NCBI RefSeq assembly: GCF_009834535.1
Contig: NC_045707.1
Coordinates: 60,886,001 to 60,950,000, forward strand
DNA: 64,000 bases
Direction of reading: 5' to 3'
DNA from: Camelus ferus
Lineage: Eukaryota
Part shown: piece after piece, positions 62,720 to 64,000 of the stretch
Position numbering within the stretch: position 1 is the first letter of the stretch
Layout of the letters: every line of letters starts with the position of its first letter
Translations under genes and position numbers: made by a program
The notes under the pieces: model-generated
The model's database searches: none
What the model was told of the DNA's origin: nothing
What the model saw: only the letters and a program-made list of their open reading frames with translations

Positions 62720-63620
62720 TGCCCCATCACATCAGGGAGTACTTGATAGTAACATGACTTATAAATGATGTTGTTAATCTTGATCGTTTTAGTTAAGGTG
62801 ATGTTTGCCAGTTTTCTCCACTATAAAGTTAACATTTTTTTCCCCTTCTATACTCTTCTTTGGAAGTGAGTCATTAAGTCCAGTCCAACCAAGGGGGCAG
62901 AATAGGAGTGGAGCAGGGAGGGAATTAATCTGTACCTCCTAGCAGGGGGAGTATCTACATGTATTCTTTGGAACGCTTCTGTAAGTAAGATTTGTCACTT
63001 TTCCACTATTTATTTATTTATTCAATAATTTTTATATCACCATGGACTCATGAATATTTATTTTATTCTTTGGGTTATGACCAATACCATCATTATTCTG
63101 TTGCTTAAATTGTTTCAGCTTTGGCCATTGGGAGCTCTTTCAGATTGGCTCCTGTGTTCTTTTGACATGTTCCCATCACTTTTATTTTATCTTTTTTCAA
63201 ACTTTCTTCCTTTGGGGCATTATAAGATGTTCCAGACTCATCTTGTATTTTCCTTCCCCAGTCCTAGAATCAGCCATTTCTCCTTTTCCTAGAAAATGGT
63301 ATTTAGGAATCAAAATCAGGATGCTGGGCATGCTTATTGCCACTGGAGTGTCACTACTTCTAGGCCTTCTCAGTGGACAGAGCTAGGAAACACATGCATA
63401 TATACTGACCTATGTATACACACACGTATCAATCATCTATCTATCTGCCTATCTATCTATCTGTCTATAAATCTGAATTTAAACTAGTGTCTCTGGGCCT
63501 AACCCAGTACCACGGAGCTCATTTTGGCCAACTCTCCTTGCTTATTTATGGCATTGTCTCTGAAAATGAGAGACCTGGTTCCCATTACCTACAATTATGT
63601 ACTTATTTGTTTGACTCTAG
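62720..63620 (-). mobile_element. L1MC/L1MD-type 3' region
   Basis: gttaaggtgatgtttgccagttttctccactataaagt...cagctttggccattgggagctc...gatgttccagactcatcttgtattt...tctcagtggacagagctaggaaa. Confidence 0.85.
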
Positions 63621-63621
63621 T

Positions 63622-64000
63622 ATTACTGGTTAAAATGTGGCCTCCCACAGTTCATATGTTGAAGTCCTAGCCCCCAGTAATTCATAATGTGACTTTATTT
63701 GGAGATAGTCTTTACAAAGGTAAGAAGTAAGCAAGTTAAAATGAGATCATTAGGGTGGCCCTAATCCAATATGATTGATGCCCTTATAAGTAGGGGAAAT
63801 TTGGACACAGACACATACATAGAGGGAAGAAGATGTGAAGACACAGGGAGAAGATGAACTACTACAGGCCTGGACTGGATCCTTTCCGCACAGCCCTCAG
63901 CAGGGACCAGCTCTGCTGACACCTTGATTTCAGACTGTGAGTCCCCAGGATGATGAGTCCATACAGTTCTGATGCTTAAGCCACTCAGTTTGGTTAGGGC
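63622..64000 (+). mobile_element. MaLR LTR, MLT1B/MLT1A-like (may extend past the window end)
   Basis: ttcatatgttgaagtccta...agttaaaatgag...agggtggccctaatccaatatga...ctgctgacaccttgattt. Confidence 0.88.

Noticed and set aside
1..64000. A novel multi-gene or prokaryote-style system (operon, CRISPR, defence island)
   Set aside because: The window is repeat-rich, CpG-depleted mammalian non-coding DNA with no credible genes, and nothing in the sequence supports such a claim.

Overview
This is mammalian genomic DNA, most likely from a camelid (Camelus/Vicugna/Lama). That assignment rests on five copies of a young tRNA-derived SINE of the camelid Vic-1 type and on cetartiodactyl-type L1 3' ends. 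The window looks intergenic or deep-intronic. I found no credible protein-coding exon, tRNA, rRNA or CRISPR array, and the short ORFs are chance ORFs or repeat translations. Much of the sequence is interspersed repeat: ERV1 solo LTRs (including a MER41-like and three MER34-like copies), ERVL/MaLR LTRs (MLT1, MLT2, MER68, LTR16/33), hAT and Tigger DNA-transposon fossils, L1, L2, MIR and microsatellites. I found no new biological system. The most notable observations are mechanistic scars and candidate regulatory elements. The scars are a locally templated 28-bp insertion, a captured fragment inside an LTR, a twin-primed inverted L1, a microsatellite born from an L1 tail and two hAT elements sharing a target site. 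The regulatory candidates are a dense bZIP motif cluster, back-to-back LTRs with a perfect kB site and three ARE/MARE motifs. Repeat family names come from my recall of consensus sequences, not from a database search, and boundaries of old repeats are approximate.
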